Assembly: GCA_963674735.2 (NCBI GenBank)
Contig: CAXXQS010000001.1
Coordinates: 992,001 to 1,056,000, forward strand
Source of the DNA: Myxococcota bacterium
GTDB taxonomy: Bacteria > Myxococcota_A > SURF-8
Direction: 5' to 3'
Length of the DNA stretch: 64,000 nt
Positions 30,039 through 39,573 of the stretch are shown one piece after another. How positions within the stretch are numbered: position 1 is the stretch's first letter; every line of letters begins with the position of its first letter. Position numbers and translations under genes: made by a program. The notes under the pieces are model-generated. The model did not search any database. It worked only from the letters and a program-made list of their open reading frames with translations, and was not told where the DNA came from.

Positions 30039-30533
30039 TTAGACGTCGGTGTTGACGGCCTTCATGACCACATTCGAAAAGCTTTGCATTTCCTCATCGC
30101 TTATTGCCTGCACCTTTTTGACCAAAGCTCCGACCTCCACTTCCGAGATATCGAGCGTCATCGCCAAGTAATAGGGGTCGATTTCGTCGAAATCGGTGGC
30201 TTTACCACATACCGATACTTGGCCGACAATTTCGTTTTCATGAAAGATCGGCACGGCGACTCGTGCCAGTCCGGCTTCGCAGAGATCGATCACCGGAGCT
30301 TTGCTGGCTTTTAGGGCGGCAGTCATAGCCGCGGCGGTTTGACTGCAAACAGCCTGCAGGGTTTCGGTTTTCTCACGGATATGCGCACAGAGAGGGTTTC
30401 GTTCTCCGGCAGACATTAGTATCTTCCCATCTGCATCGGTTAGAGAAACAGGCATGTCGAGATTTTGACAGAGTTTTTCGACGATCCTGAGCCAATCGCT
30501 CTCAGCTTTTACATCCAACACGTGAAGGGCCAT
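30039..30533 (-). CDS. Stand-alone PocR ligand-binding domain protein
   Basis: NPLC..IR...C...CEAGL..VAVPI...VG...CG pattern with three conserved Cys. Confidence 0.8.
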   Translation of the reverse strand: MALHVLDVKAESDWLRIVEKLCQNLDMPVSLTDADGKILMSAGERNPLCAHIREKTETLQAVCSQTAAAMTAALKASKAPVIDLCEAGLARVAVPIFHENEIVGQVSVCGKATDFDEIDPYYLAMTLDISEVEVGALVKKVQAISDEEMQSFSNVVMKAVNTDV

Positions 30534-30593
30534 CGTTTACCTCCCGGGGTTTAGGTTATTCTCGCAATCATCCTAAATTCGCCGGATAGCTTA

Positions 30594-31820
30594 CTACAGG
30601 ACAATGGCGTTGGCCAGAAGCTTCCAAAGGTGAATGCTCCGCCATTTCCGTTTGTAATCCTTAGCGAGGTCGCCGATGCCGTCATAGCAGTTGACGCAAG
30701 GCGTGCAAACCAATTCCGCTTCGGTGCGGTCGATCTGATCAACTTTCACCTTGCCGTAGTAAGTACGGGCTTTGGCAAAGCCGGAAATGAGAGCTCCGCC
30801 GCCGCCGGAACAGCAGTAGTTGTTTTCGCGGTTCGGCCACATTTCCACCCAGTCTTCACAGACATGGTCGAGTACGAAACGCGCGTCATCCATGATATCA
30901 GGATAGTCGTTCATCAGCGATTTGCGCGAAGCGTTACAAGGATCGTGAAGCGTGACCCGCTGGGTGTTCTTGGATTTATCCAGCTTGAAGCGGCCTTCAC
31001 GGATCCATTTCGCGTAAAGGTTGACGACATGAATCAGGTCGAATTTCGGTTTGATACCGAATTTGTCATATCCGGCCACCGTAGCAAAATAGCCATGCCC
31101 GCACTCGGTGTAGGCGATGGCTTTGCAGCCCAGTTGCTCTACGCGTTCGACCTGTTTGCGCAGATTGTTTTCCCAACTTGCCAGATCACCCGAGAACATG
31201 CAGTAATTGGTGCCTTCCCACCACTCGGTGGGGAGAGTCCAGCTGGCATTGGCCGCGTAGAAAACCTTGTAAACATCCTGCATTTCGTCGGGATGGTACT
31301 GGGGTAGTTTGGAATTGATGGTGGCGAAAAACTCCGCGCCTTGTTTGTCGAAGGGAATCTCGAATTCGGGAATCTCGGATTGAAGTTCCTCCATCATCCA
31401 CTCGGCGGTATCCACCCAGTCTTCGACGGAGATCTGCATGTTGTTGCCCTTGTCGCGATGCAGTTCGCAGGTCAGTTGAGCTTTCCCGGGCTTTTTATCC
31501 ATGGGTCGCAGATAGCGGGCCTGGGTGATCATGTTTCCGATTTTCACATCCATCGGGCAGACCCAACTACATTTCTCGCAGCCGGTGCATTGGAAGATGA
31601 AGTCATGATCGATCAGGGTTTGTTCCTCACCCATGAGAACCAGGCGGACGGCTTTGCGCGGGTCCATGTCGGAGTAGCCGTGTAGTGGACAAATGCTGGC
31701 GCACTTTCCGCAGGTCATACAGGTGCTGAGGTTCGCCTTCCATTTGGATTCTTCCAACAGGGTGCGGCGAAGAGGCGTTTCTTTGATTTCATCGATGCGA
31801 ACGCTGTTTTCTTTGCTCAT
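30594..31820 (-). CDS. Heterodisulfide reductase-related (Fe-S)-binding protein (HdrD/DsrK/HmcF-like)
   Basis: CMTCGKCASICP and CTGCEKCSWVCP, plus CCG-domain motifs ECGHG, HDPC, CCSGGG, CVNC. Confidence 0.88.
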   Translation of the reverse strand: MSKENSVRIDEIKETPLRRTLLEESKWKANLSTCMTCGKCASICPLHGYSDMDPRKAVRLVLMGEEQTLIDHDFIFQCTGCEKCSWVCPMDVKIGNMITQARYLRPMDKKPGKAQLTCELHRDKGNNMQISVEDWVDTAEWMMEELQSEIPEFEIPFDKQGAEFFATINSKLPQYHPDEMQDVYKVFYAANASWTLPTEWWEGTNYCMFSGDLASWENNLRKQVERVEQLGCKAIAYTECGHGYFATVAGYDKFGIKPKFDLIHVVNLYAKWIREGRFKLDKSKNTQRVTLHDPCNASRKSLMNDYPDIMDDARFVLDHVCEDWVEMWPNRENNYCCSGGGGALISGFAKARTYYGKVKVDQIDRTEAELVCTPCVNCYDGIGDLAKDYKRKWRSIHLWKLLANAIVL

Positions 31821-31834
31821 TGATGATGAACTCC

Positions 31835-33811
31835 TTATGCCTGGGCCTGCGTGTCGGCTTCTGCAACCGGCTCGGCAAGCGCATCGTTGAGAATCTGGAC
31901 GAGCCGGTAGGGCTCGTTGGCCGCAATAGAGTGGAATTGGACATTGACACCCGGTTGTGCGATTTCACTCATCATGGCTTTTACGCGAGCTACGCGTTCG
32001 CCGCCGACCCGATTGCCTTTGAGCGAGCGACAGTTGTCGGAGTGACAACCTAGTACCAGCACGCTCCGTGCACCGCACTCCAAGGCGAGTGAAAGGGTGG
32101 TTTCATCTACGCGTCCGGCGCAGGGAACGTCGATCACCAGTGCTTCGGGGGGCAGGCTGAGACCGGCGCGGGTGGCCGCGTCGATGGCGGCAATTCCGGA
32201 AGATTGGCAGGCGAAAGCGACAAGCGGAGGCGTGTCGTTGAGCGGGGCTGCCGCCAACTTGACGGTTTCGGCCAACTGCTCGTGCGTGATGCCATCGTGC
32301 TCGATGGCGCGACCCGGGCAGGCTCCGGCACAAATGCCGCATTCCCAACAGGCGCTGGAAAGAATTGTGATCGAGGAAACATCGAGATAGGACTCGATGG
32401 CGCCGTGGGGGCACAGGCGCAGGCAAGTCAAGCAACTCGCACATTTACCTTTGTCGACGTGTACGCGTCCCAGCGGACTGACGATTTCGCCATGGGGTAA
32501 AGCGGTCAGAAGCTCAGCCGTGACGGCGTCCGCTTGAGTCGTCAGCATTTCGGGACCGAAATCATTGCGGCACATGTGAACGAAATAGACGCCGCGGCGG
32601 GCCGATGCCACCGGCAGGTGGCGTACGTTGGCCGGTTGTAGGAAGCCTTCGGAATCCGTTGGCAAACGTAGAAGCTTGGCCACTGCGGGGTTGTGCAAGG
32701 CCGGGATTGCCGGGCCGCTGGCGAACAGACGATCGATTTTTACCTGAATTTCCCGCTCGGGCAGGATGGCATCTTTGAGGCTTGCCAGATAGCCATCGCC
32801 GTCTTTTTCGAACGATGGCGGGGTGTCGGCGTAACGCAGCAGGGTAACCCCGGCATCACGAGCGGCGTCGTAGTCGCTTTGTCCCTCAAGACCATAGGTC
32901 GATACGTTGCGCAAGAGCACATAGGCTTTACCCCCCGCTTCTTGATGGTGGCGGGCGGCCTGAACCGCGGCATAACTGGCGTAGCGACCTTCAGGACCGG
33001 AATGGTCCAGCCAGATGCCCACCGCGTCTTGGCCGGGTTGTGTTTCCGCCAGGAATGTTCCAAGAGGCAAAGCTGCGGGAGCGTCTTTCGGCAGCGGACC
33101 AGTCTTGGCATCGGCGGTGATGACCACCGCCCCGGCAGTTAATCGCAGGCGTTCGCCGTTTTGCATGAAAGATGCATGGAAGTCGCCCACCGATCCCGAT
33201 AGATGACGCAAGACCGCGCCTTCGATAATTTCTATATTCTCTTGAGATTCAACGGTTTTAATGAGTGCCGGATCGGGTGGCAAAAGCTCGGCCTCCGAAA
33301 GAGGCGTTTTCATGAGCGAAACCGGGAACCCGGCGTTCACGATGGTCTCGGCGGTCTTGTAGGCGGCCATGTTGCCGCCAATTACCAGGACGCGCCGGTT
33401 GGCCGTGACATGTCCCAGGGTGATCGGTTGGGCCAGCCGTGCGCGTGTGACCGCCAGGGTCAGGAGCCGTTCGGCTTTGGCGAAGGCGGCTTCGTTGGTG
33501 TTTTGAGTAAAGGGTTCGCGTAGATTGACCTGCACCAGCGGAAGGGCGCGAGAATCGCCGTTGGTTCCCACCATGATGTAATTCTGACTGCTGGAGTAAG
33601 GCGCGCCACACAAAACGACGGCGCCGAGATTGTGTTCCAGCGCGGCGGAGGCGATTTCCTGGCGGCTTTCGTTTTCGATCTGAGAGGTCAAGTCGGCCAC
33701 GTGGCCGATGCCGTTTTGGGGTAGGTTGTCTTTTAATTTTGCGAGGGTCGCGGTATCCGGGCGACCATCGGGGAAAGGTCCGAAAAAGATGCCAATGCGT
33801 TCGACCGTCAT
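31835..33811 (-). CDS. HdrA-like/ferredoxin/MvhD fusion protein (QmoB-like architecture)
   Basis: HdrA-like N-terminus (VNLRE, VLVIGG), two CxxCxxCxxxCP motifs, C-terminal MvhD motifs (VPCAGRVD, GCHSDNC). Confidence 0.82.
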   Translation of the reverse strand: MTVERIGIFFGPFPDGRPDTATLAKLKDNLPQNGIGHVADLTSQIENESRQEIASAALEHNLGAVVLCGAPYSSSQNYIMVGTNGDSRALPLVQVNLREPFTQNTNEAAFAKAERLLTLAVTRARLAQPITLGHVTANRRVLVIGGNMAAYKTAETIVNAGFPVSLMKTPLSEAELLPPDPALIKTVESQENIEIIEGAVLRHLSGSVGDFHASFMQNGERLRLTAGAVVITADAKTGPLPKDAPAALPLGTFLAETQPGQDAVGIWLDHSGPEGRYASYAAVQAARHHQEAGGKAYVLLRNVSTYGLEGQSDYDAARDAGVTLLRYADTPPSFEKDGDGYLASLKDAILPEREIQVKIDRLFASGPAIPALHNPAVAKLLRLPTDSEGFLQPANVRHLPVASARRGVYFVHMCRNDFGPEMLTTQADAVTAELLTALPHGEIVSPLGRVHVDKGKCASCLTCLRLCPHGAIESYLDVSSITILSSACWECGICAGACPGRAIEHDGITHEQLAETVKLAAAPLNDTPPLVAFACQSSGIAAIDAATRAGLSLPPEALVIDVPCAGRVDETTLSLALECGARSVLVLGCHSDNCRSLKGNRVGGERVARVKAMMSEIAQPGVNVQFHSIAANEPYRLVQILNDALAEPVAEADTQAQA

Positions 33812-33845
33812 GCTTTATTGTCTCCGTCTGCTATCGGAAAGCGCT

Positions 33846-34940
33846 TTAAGCGACCTTCGCATTGTTAGTGAAACCGTCCAAACTCATCGCAATCTGTTTG
33901 GCGACGGACTGGGCTTGCAGGCGGCTGCCGACAATGTCGGTTGGACCCGTGGCAGCTCCGGCCAAGAAAATGCCTTCACGATCGGTTGAGGCTCCGTTTG
34001 CCGACCGGGTAAAGAAGCCGTGCTCGTTGAGTTGGACGCCGAAAACGGCTGCCAGGGCTTCGTTGCCTGGTTGCGGGGAAATGCCGACCGCCAGTACCAT
34101 GCGGTGATAGTCGGCCGGGACGCTTTCGCCGGTTTCGGAGTCGGTGCCGTAAACCCGCACCATTCCGGGTTCTTCACCATGCAGGATTTCGGCTGGGACG
34201 CCCTGCATGAAGTTGATGTCTTTCCGGGCATTTGCGTAGAAGTCGCGAAACTCCTTCCCCATCAGCTGCAGGTCGATATAGTAGATAGTCAGATCGGCAT
34301 CGGGCCGCAGGTGTTTCAGACGGCGCGCCAGGCGGATACTGGCCTTGCAGCAGAACTGCGAGCAGTAGTTGTGTCCGATCTTATGGTCGCGAGAACCGAC
34401 ACACTGGACGAATGCGATTTTTGGGTTTTCGCAATCGGTGGGAATCACCGATTCGAGTCGGTTTTCTTTAAGCGCCTCATCGACATCGGGAATTGTCAGA
34501 ACTTCCGGATGCATTTTGTAGCCTAAAAGCGATTTTTCCGTTGCGTCGAAAGGTTCGAAACCGGTTGCCAGCACAATGGATTGGCAGGCCAGGGTCGTTT
34601 CTTCTTTCAAATCTCTTGGCGATGCGGAGGAACTGTCTGTCGGCTTGAGCTGAACGCGGAACGCGCCTTTTTGACCCTCCAATTTTCCGGCTTCGGCCCG
34701 CAAAAACAGGTGGATGCGGGAGTGTCCCGATACTTTGCGGATGGTGTCTTCAACCTGGCAGGCGGAACATTTGGCGCATTCGGTCGTGGCCATGCAGGCC
34801 CATTCCGCGGCATTGCCGCCCGGATGGTCGCGGCGATCGATCAAGGTGACCTCCGCGCCCATGTCAGCCAAAGACAAGGCGGTGGTCAGCCCCGAAATCC
34901 CGGCACCGACGACAAGGACAGTGGACGTTAGCTCCTTCAT
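33846..34940 (-). CDS. HdrA-like (QmoA-like) FAD/Fe-S oxidoreductase
   Basis: VVGAGISG, CAKC, ATG, VQCVGSRD..YCSQFCC, GIFLAGAATGP; SD GGAG before ATG 34940. Confidence 0.88.
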   Translation of the reverse strand: MKELTSTVLVVGAGISGLTTALSLADMGAEVTLIDRRDHPGGNAAEWACMATTECAKCSACQVEDTIRKVSGHSRIHLFLRAEAGKLEGQKGAFRVQLKPTDSSSASPRDLKEETTLACQSIVLATGFEPFDATEKSLLGYKMHPEVLTIPDVDEALKENRLESVIPTDCENPKIAFVQCVGSRDHKIGHNYCSQFCCKASIRLARRLKHLRPDADLTIYYIDLQLMGKEFRDFYANARKDINFMQGVPAEILHGEEPGMVRVYGTDSETGESVPADYHRMVLAVGISPQPGNEALAAVFGVQLNEHGFFTRSANGASTDREGIFLAGAATGPTDIVGSRLQAQSVAKQIAMSLDGFTNNAKVA

Positions 34941-35212
34941 GTCATTCTCCGTTCGCATTGTGGCCAAGTATCACGAGTCGAAAAAGATAAGTTGTTTCGC
35001 GAAGATGCGAAACGTGCGCACGCGAGCATAGAAAGCAGGCTGATTGGCTGTTGTTTGGCACTGGAGTGGATCGTCAAACCTCCCCCTCTCACCGTTCATC
35101 CCCCGATAATGGACGATCCTCTGCAGAAGCAGGTGCTGTGATCATGTCGCTGGTTTTTCTCGTCAATATAAGCTCGGTTCAGGAACTGAACGTTCCTTAG
35201 AATGCGTCACCC

Positions 35213-35240
35213 AGCATACCCCAACACCTAATTTTTGCAA
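35213..35240 (-). promoter_or_regulatory. Candidate sigma-70 promoter for the hdr-like operon leader
   Basis: Minus strand TTGCAA-N16-TATGCT. Confidence 0.45.
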
Positions 35241-35379
35241 GGGTTTTATCCCCGACAAAAAAGCCGAAAATAGGAAGTAAAGCTATAGGATAACTACTTG
35301 AGAGGTGAATGCCTTGCGTCCGAAATGCAAACCTGTTAAACAAAGGCGCGGTATGACAAGATAGACGGAGAGAAGATCG

Positions 35380-36987
35380 ATGCAGATTTTGAACATCCGA
35401 CGGTTTGGGCTGGTATTGATTTGCGTTCTGGTCCTGCCGGCTTTGCTAGCCTGCTCGGACTCGAATTCGCAAAATGGCAAAGATTCCGATGGTGATTTGG
35501 ATTCAAGTGAAGCGGCTTGGAACGAGGATGGAGAACTTGATACGAAATCCGAACTTGCCGAAGAGGAAATCGAGTTTGAGGAAGACGGCGATCGGGACGT
35601 AGAAGCCGAACTCGATATGGAGCTGGAAGAGGTCGAGCCTGAATTGGAGTGGGAAGATCCGGGTCTGGATTCATATTACGGATCGTTGGCGTATCAAGCC
35701 GCAGCGACCGGTTTTTTCCGTGTGGAGGAAATTGGTGGGCAATGGTGGCTGATCACTCCCGACGGTCATCCTTTCTTTTCGAACGGCATCAACGTGGTCA
35801 ACTGGTCCGGCACCTGCACGCACGATGGCGTTTGTCATTACCGTGAAACGTGTACCGAGAAATACGGCGATAGCGCGACTTGGAGCGATGCCCAGATTCC
35901 ACGGATGGAGGAATGGGGCTGGAATACGGTCGGAGCCTGGAGCTCGTACAACGAATTCGTAGGGCGCTTTCCGTATACGATTATCGTCTACAATGCCGGG
36001 GTTAACTGGGAGGTCGTCGGCGACACGGCCGGGCCGCTCGATTTCTTTACGGAAGCCTTTGCTCAGCGTGTCAGTGACGCGATCGGCAATGTGGTGCCAA
36101 ACTATGTTGATGATCCTTGGCTCATCGGGTATTACTTCGACAATGAGATGCACTGGGGCAAGGATTTTCCGCGTGAGGGCGTCTCTTACACCGCGCACTT
36201 GTTCGACGAATATTTCAAGAAAGATATAGCAGCATCACCCGGAAAAGAGCGGCTGCTTGCGTTTTTGCAAGAAAGTTACACAGATCTTGCCTCCCTGGCT
36301 GTCGACTTCGAATTCGTGGCAGCCGACTGGGCCGCATTGGGACTTCTAAGCAAGCTCAAGTCTCGCGGAACGGAAGGAGCTGAAGCCACCCGAGCGGCCT
36401 GGACGGGCGTGGTTGCGGAGCGCTACTTCGGTCTGATCGATACCGCCTTTCGCGCCATTGATTCCAATCACATGAACCTGGGGACGCGCTTCGTCAGCCA
36501 GCTTTCGCCCAAGGCGGCGTTGGAAGTATGCGGCCGCTATGCCGATGTGGTGACGATCAATTTCTACGATCTTACGGATGGGCTGGCCGATGTGTTATCG
36601 GATATGGACCCGGATTATTGTAAAGTAGACGATTACCTGCGTTGCCACCACGAAGCCAGCGGCAAGCCTATCATGATCACCGAGTGGGGGTTTCGCGCCC
36701 GTGATGCCGGGCTTCCAAACAGCTATCCGCCGATTTATCCCATCCTCGATACGCAGGTAGACCGCGCCGATGCGTATGAAAACAAAATGCGCGAAATCCT
36801 GGCGCGTCCGTGGCTGGTGGGTCAACACTGGTTTTTATATGCCGATCAACCGCCGGAGGGCCGTTTCGATGGGGAAGACAACAACTTCGGCCTGGTTACC
36901 GAGGCGGATGTTCCCTACGACGTTCTGGTGGAACGCTCGGCGATGATGCACGGCGAAATCTACAAGCGATTGCTGGGCGTGGAATAG
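35380..36987 (+). CDS. Lipoprotein with a beta-agarase-like (GH50-like, clan GH-A) catalytic domain
   Basis: Lipobox LLA-C, acidic linker, TGFFRVE..WWL.TPDG, WGWNT.G.WS, DPWLIGY..DNE..WG, P.MITEW, GRFDGE.NNFGLV. Confidence 0.8.
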   Translation: MQILNIRRFGLVLICVLVLPALLACSDSNSQNGKDSDGDLDSSEAAWNEDGELDTKSELAEEEIEFEEDGDRDVEAELDMELEEVEPELEWEDPGLDSYYGSLAYQAAATGFFRVEEIGGQWWLITPDGHPFFSNGINVVNWSGTCTHDGVCHYRETCTEKYGDSATWSDAQIPRMEEWGWNTVGAWSSYNEFVGRFPYTIIVYNAGVNWEVVGDTAGPLDFFTEAFAQRVSDAIGNVVPNYVDDPWLIGYYFDNEMHWGKDFPREGVSYTAHLFDEYFKKDIAASPGKERLLAFLQESYTDLASLAVDFEFVAADWAALGLLSKLKSRGTEGAEATRAAWTGVVAERYFGLIDTAFRAIDSNHMNLGTRFVSQLSPKAALEVCGRYADVVTINFYDLTDGLADVLSDMDPDYCKVDDYLRCHHEASGKPIMITEWGFRARDAGLPNSYPPIYPILDTQVDRADAYENKMREILARPWLVGQHWFLYADQPPEGRFDGEDNNFGLVTEADVPYDVLVERSAMMHGEIYKRLLGVE

Positions 36988-37078
36988 GGCGATCGATTCG
37001 TCATTTCGCGTCACTTGAGCTCGGCTACCCGGCGGTGTGAGCCTGGATGTTTGAGAGAGTGGATTCTCGTATTAGGGC

Positions 37079-37107
37079 TTGACACGCCGCGTCATGGTCG
37101 TTATACT
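37079..37107 (+). promoter_or_regulatory. Near-consensus sigma-70 promoter
   Basis: TTGACA-N17-TATACT; SD AAGGAGG and ATG 37144 follow downstream. Confidence 0.8.
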
Positions 37108-37143
37108 CAGCGAAACTGGCCATTCAGCTTAAGGAGGCCTGTC

Positions 37144-37917
37144 ATGCCCGATGCTCGTCAGACTTTGCAAACGATTGGACGCGCCGCTGCAACGGCGGGA
37201 GTTTTTGTTGGTCGAAAAATTGCGCAAGGCTACAACAGTATCGATCCTGACGTGGTGCGTCACCTGGCGCAGGTTCCGTTGCTGAGCTATTCGTTGTTCA
37301 TCTCGCGACGCGATCCCATCGAAGCAGGTGAGCCGGATGGTCATCCGCCGTTGATCTTCGTTCATGGTTTGGGCGGCAACCGGGGCAATTTCTGGCCCAT
37401 GGCGCTCTTTATGCGCTTCTCCGGCCGCAAACGCAGCTACAAGATTCACTTCGATGGTAGCCAGAGCTTCGATGATATGGCAGCCGCACTGGCGCGTTTT
37501 GTTCGTGACGTGCAGGAGGCAACCGGCGAGTCGACCGTCGAGGTGGTGGCGCATTCCATGGGCGGGCTGATCGCGCGTCTGGCGATTGTCGATTACGATC
37601 TGGGCGATGCTGTGCGTACGCTGATTACTTTGGGGACGCCGCACAAAGGGACTTTCCCGGCGCGTTTCGCGAATACCGACCACACGCGGCTTTTACGACC
37701 GGAATCGGAGTTGATTCGCCACTTGGAGGCGCACCCACTTCCGGCGCATATCCGCACGGTGTGTTTCTGGAGCAAAAACGACCTGCTCGTGTTGCCCGCC
37801 GAATCGGGCGTGTTGGATGGGGCGGAAGCGGTCGAATTGACGCCTTTCACCCATTACAGTTATCTACTCGATCCCAAGGGCTGGTCGTCGGTCGCCCATG
37901 CTCTGCAGCAGGTATAG
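37144..37917 (+). CDS. Lipase-like alpha/beta hydrolase
   Basis: FVHGL, VAHSMGG, LGTPHKGT, D and H catalytic candidates; start supported by promoter and SD. Confidence 0.88.
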   Translation: MPDARQTLQTIGRAAATAGVFVGRKIAQGYNSIDPDVVRHLAQVPLLSYSLFISRRDPIEAGEPDGHPPLIFVHGLGGNRGNFWPMALFMRFSGRKRSYKIHFDGSQSFDDMAAALARFVRDVQEATGESTVEVVAHSMGGLIARLAIVDYDLGDAVRTLITLGTPHKGTFPARFANTDHTRLLRPESELIRHLEAHPLPAHIRTVCFWSKNDLLVLPAESGVLDGAEAVELTPFTHYSYLLDPKGWSSVAHALQQV

Positions 37918-38015
37918 AGGATGCCATACCTGTTTCAGTTCCTGCCTTGACTTCCCGCATTCGGATGCTATCGTAAACACGGTGAGTCCCTTTTTTTCCA
38001 AAGGTTCATGCGGGT

Positions 38016-39413
38016 GTGACGATGGCTGATGCCAAGCGCGACCGAAAATATGCTGATGCTATTCTTTCCGCGATCTCCGACGGTGTGTTTGCCGTTGATG
38101 AAAATTTCACGATTACTCTCTTCAACCCGGCCGCTGAAACCATCACCGGCATTTCCGCTGGCCAGGCCATAGGCGAAAAATGTTTTGATGTTCTGCGTGC
38201 CGATATCTGTCAGACAAATTGCACCCTCAAGCGTACCTATCGAGATCGACGTCCCATTGTGGACGAACGGGTCGATATCCTCGATGGTGAAGGGCGAAGT
38301 GTCCCCATCAGTATCTCGACCGGGATGATTCACGACGACAATGGGCGTGTTGTGGGAGGTGTCGAAAGTTTTCGGGATCTTTCCGATGTGGAAGCGTTGC
38401 GCCGCGAAATCGATGGCCGTTATCGCCTTGATGACATCGTGGCCAGAAGTCCCGCCATGCGCAAGTTGTTTGCCATTTTACCCGATGTGGCCGTTTCCCA
38501 AAGTACGGTTTTGATTGAAGGAGCCAGTGGCACCGGCAAGGAACTGTTTGCACGCGCCATCCACAATTTGAGTCCTCGCCATGAGGGTCCCTACGTGGCG
38601 GTCAACTGCGCCGCGTTGCCCGAGAGCCTGTTGGAATCGGAATTGTTCGGTTATGTCAAAGGCGCTTTCACAGACGCACGCGCCGACAAACCGGGGCGGT
38701 TTCAGCTTGCAGAAGGCGGTACGATTCTGCTCGATGAAATTGGCGACATGCCTCCGGCCTTGCAGGCGAAATTGTTGCGTGTGTTGCAGGAGCGATGTGT
38801 TGAGCCGCTGGGGGCAGTAAAATCGCGTCCGGTGGATGTGCGCGTGATTGCCGCGACCAATCGCCGTTTGGACGACTTGGTGGCCGAGAAGCGTTTTCGT
38901 GAAGACCTGTTTTACCGTCTGAATGTGGTGCGTTTCAGTCTGCCTCCGCTCAAAGATAGACGCGAGGATATACCCCTTCTTGCTGAGCATCTGATTACCA
39001 AGCTGAATGCGTCGAAAGGCCGTCACATTGATGATGTCTCAAAGACGGTCATGGTTTACCTAATGCGGCATGACTTTCCCGGCAATGTGCGCGAATTGGA
39101 AAATATTCTCGAATACGCCTTTGTTTTGTGCCGGGGCCACGTGATCGAAGCATCGCATTTACCCGAGTACCTGCTTGAGAAGCCGGTGAACCATTTGGTA
39201 AATCTTCCCGAAGGTGGATCAATCCCGGAAGAAAAACCGTCGCATCAAGCCCCCCTTGAGCAAGCCGAAACCGACGCGATTCGGCTTGCTTTGGAGCGGA
39301 ATGCGGGGAGTCGTCGTGCCACGGCCAAGGAATTGGGCATTCATCCTAGTACGCTGTGGCGAAAGATGAAACGCTATGGGCTGGATGGACCATTTCGCAA
39401 GGATGCAAGCTGA
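38016..39413 (+). CDS. PAS-domain sigma-54 activator, OrpR-like
   Basis: PAS with C-X8-C-X3-C (CFDVLRADICQTNC), GASGTGKE, GAFTDA, FPGNVREL, HTH. Confidence 0.9.
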   Translation: MTMADAKRDRKYADAILSAISDGVFAVDENFTITLFNPAAETITGISAGQAIGEKCFDVLRADICQTNCTLKRTYRDRRPIVDERVDILDGEGRSVPISISTGMIHDDNGRVVGGVESFRDLSDVEALRREIDGRYRLDDIVARSPAMRKLFAILPDVAVSQSTVLIEGASGTGKELFARAIHNLSPRHEGPYVAVNCAALPESLLESELFGYVKGAFTDARADKPGRFQLAEGGTILLDEIGDMPPALQAKLLRVLQERCVEPLGAVKSRPVDVRVIAATNRRLDDLVAEKRFREDLFYRLNVVRFSLPPLKDRREDIPLLAEHLITKLNASKGRHIDDVSKTVMVYLMRHDFPGNVRELENILEYAFVLCRGHVIEASHLPEYLLEKPVNHLVNLPEGGSIPEEKPSHQAPLEQAETDAIRLALERNAGSRRATAKELGIHPSTLWRKMKRYGLDGPFRKDAS

Positions 39414-39462
39414 AAGAATTGCAAAAATGCAACAGGGCTATTGCGAATATGCAATGATGCAA
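39395..39462. promoter_or_regulatory. Repeated palindromic upstream activator sites
   Basis: TCGCAAGGATGCAA (39395), TTGCAAAAATGCAA (39419), TTGCGAATATGCAA (39441), 80-150 bp upstream of a sigma-54 promoter. Confidence 0.65.
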
Positions 39463-39539
39463 CATGTGAGATATCGAGTAAAACAACGTGACTGTATGAA
39501 ATAGTCAATGAATACAGCTTAGTTTGTTTGTATCTAAGG

Positions 39540-39556
39540 TTGGCCTGGCGATTGCT
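39540..39556 (+). promoter_or_regulatory. Sigma-54 (-24/-12) promoter
   Basis: TTGGCCTGGCGATTGCT with exact GG-N10-GC spacing. Confidence 0.8.
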
Positions 39557-39573
39557 ATACTCTTGAATCGGTT

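Noticed and set aside
30594-34940. Selenocysteine recoding in Hdr/MvhD subunits
   Set aside because: The ORFs are continuous, with no in-frame TGA at Cys positions.
35030-35210. 6S RNA, tmRNA or a known riboswitch
   Set aside because: No recognisable consensus for these families; kept only as an unclassified structured-leader candidate.
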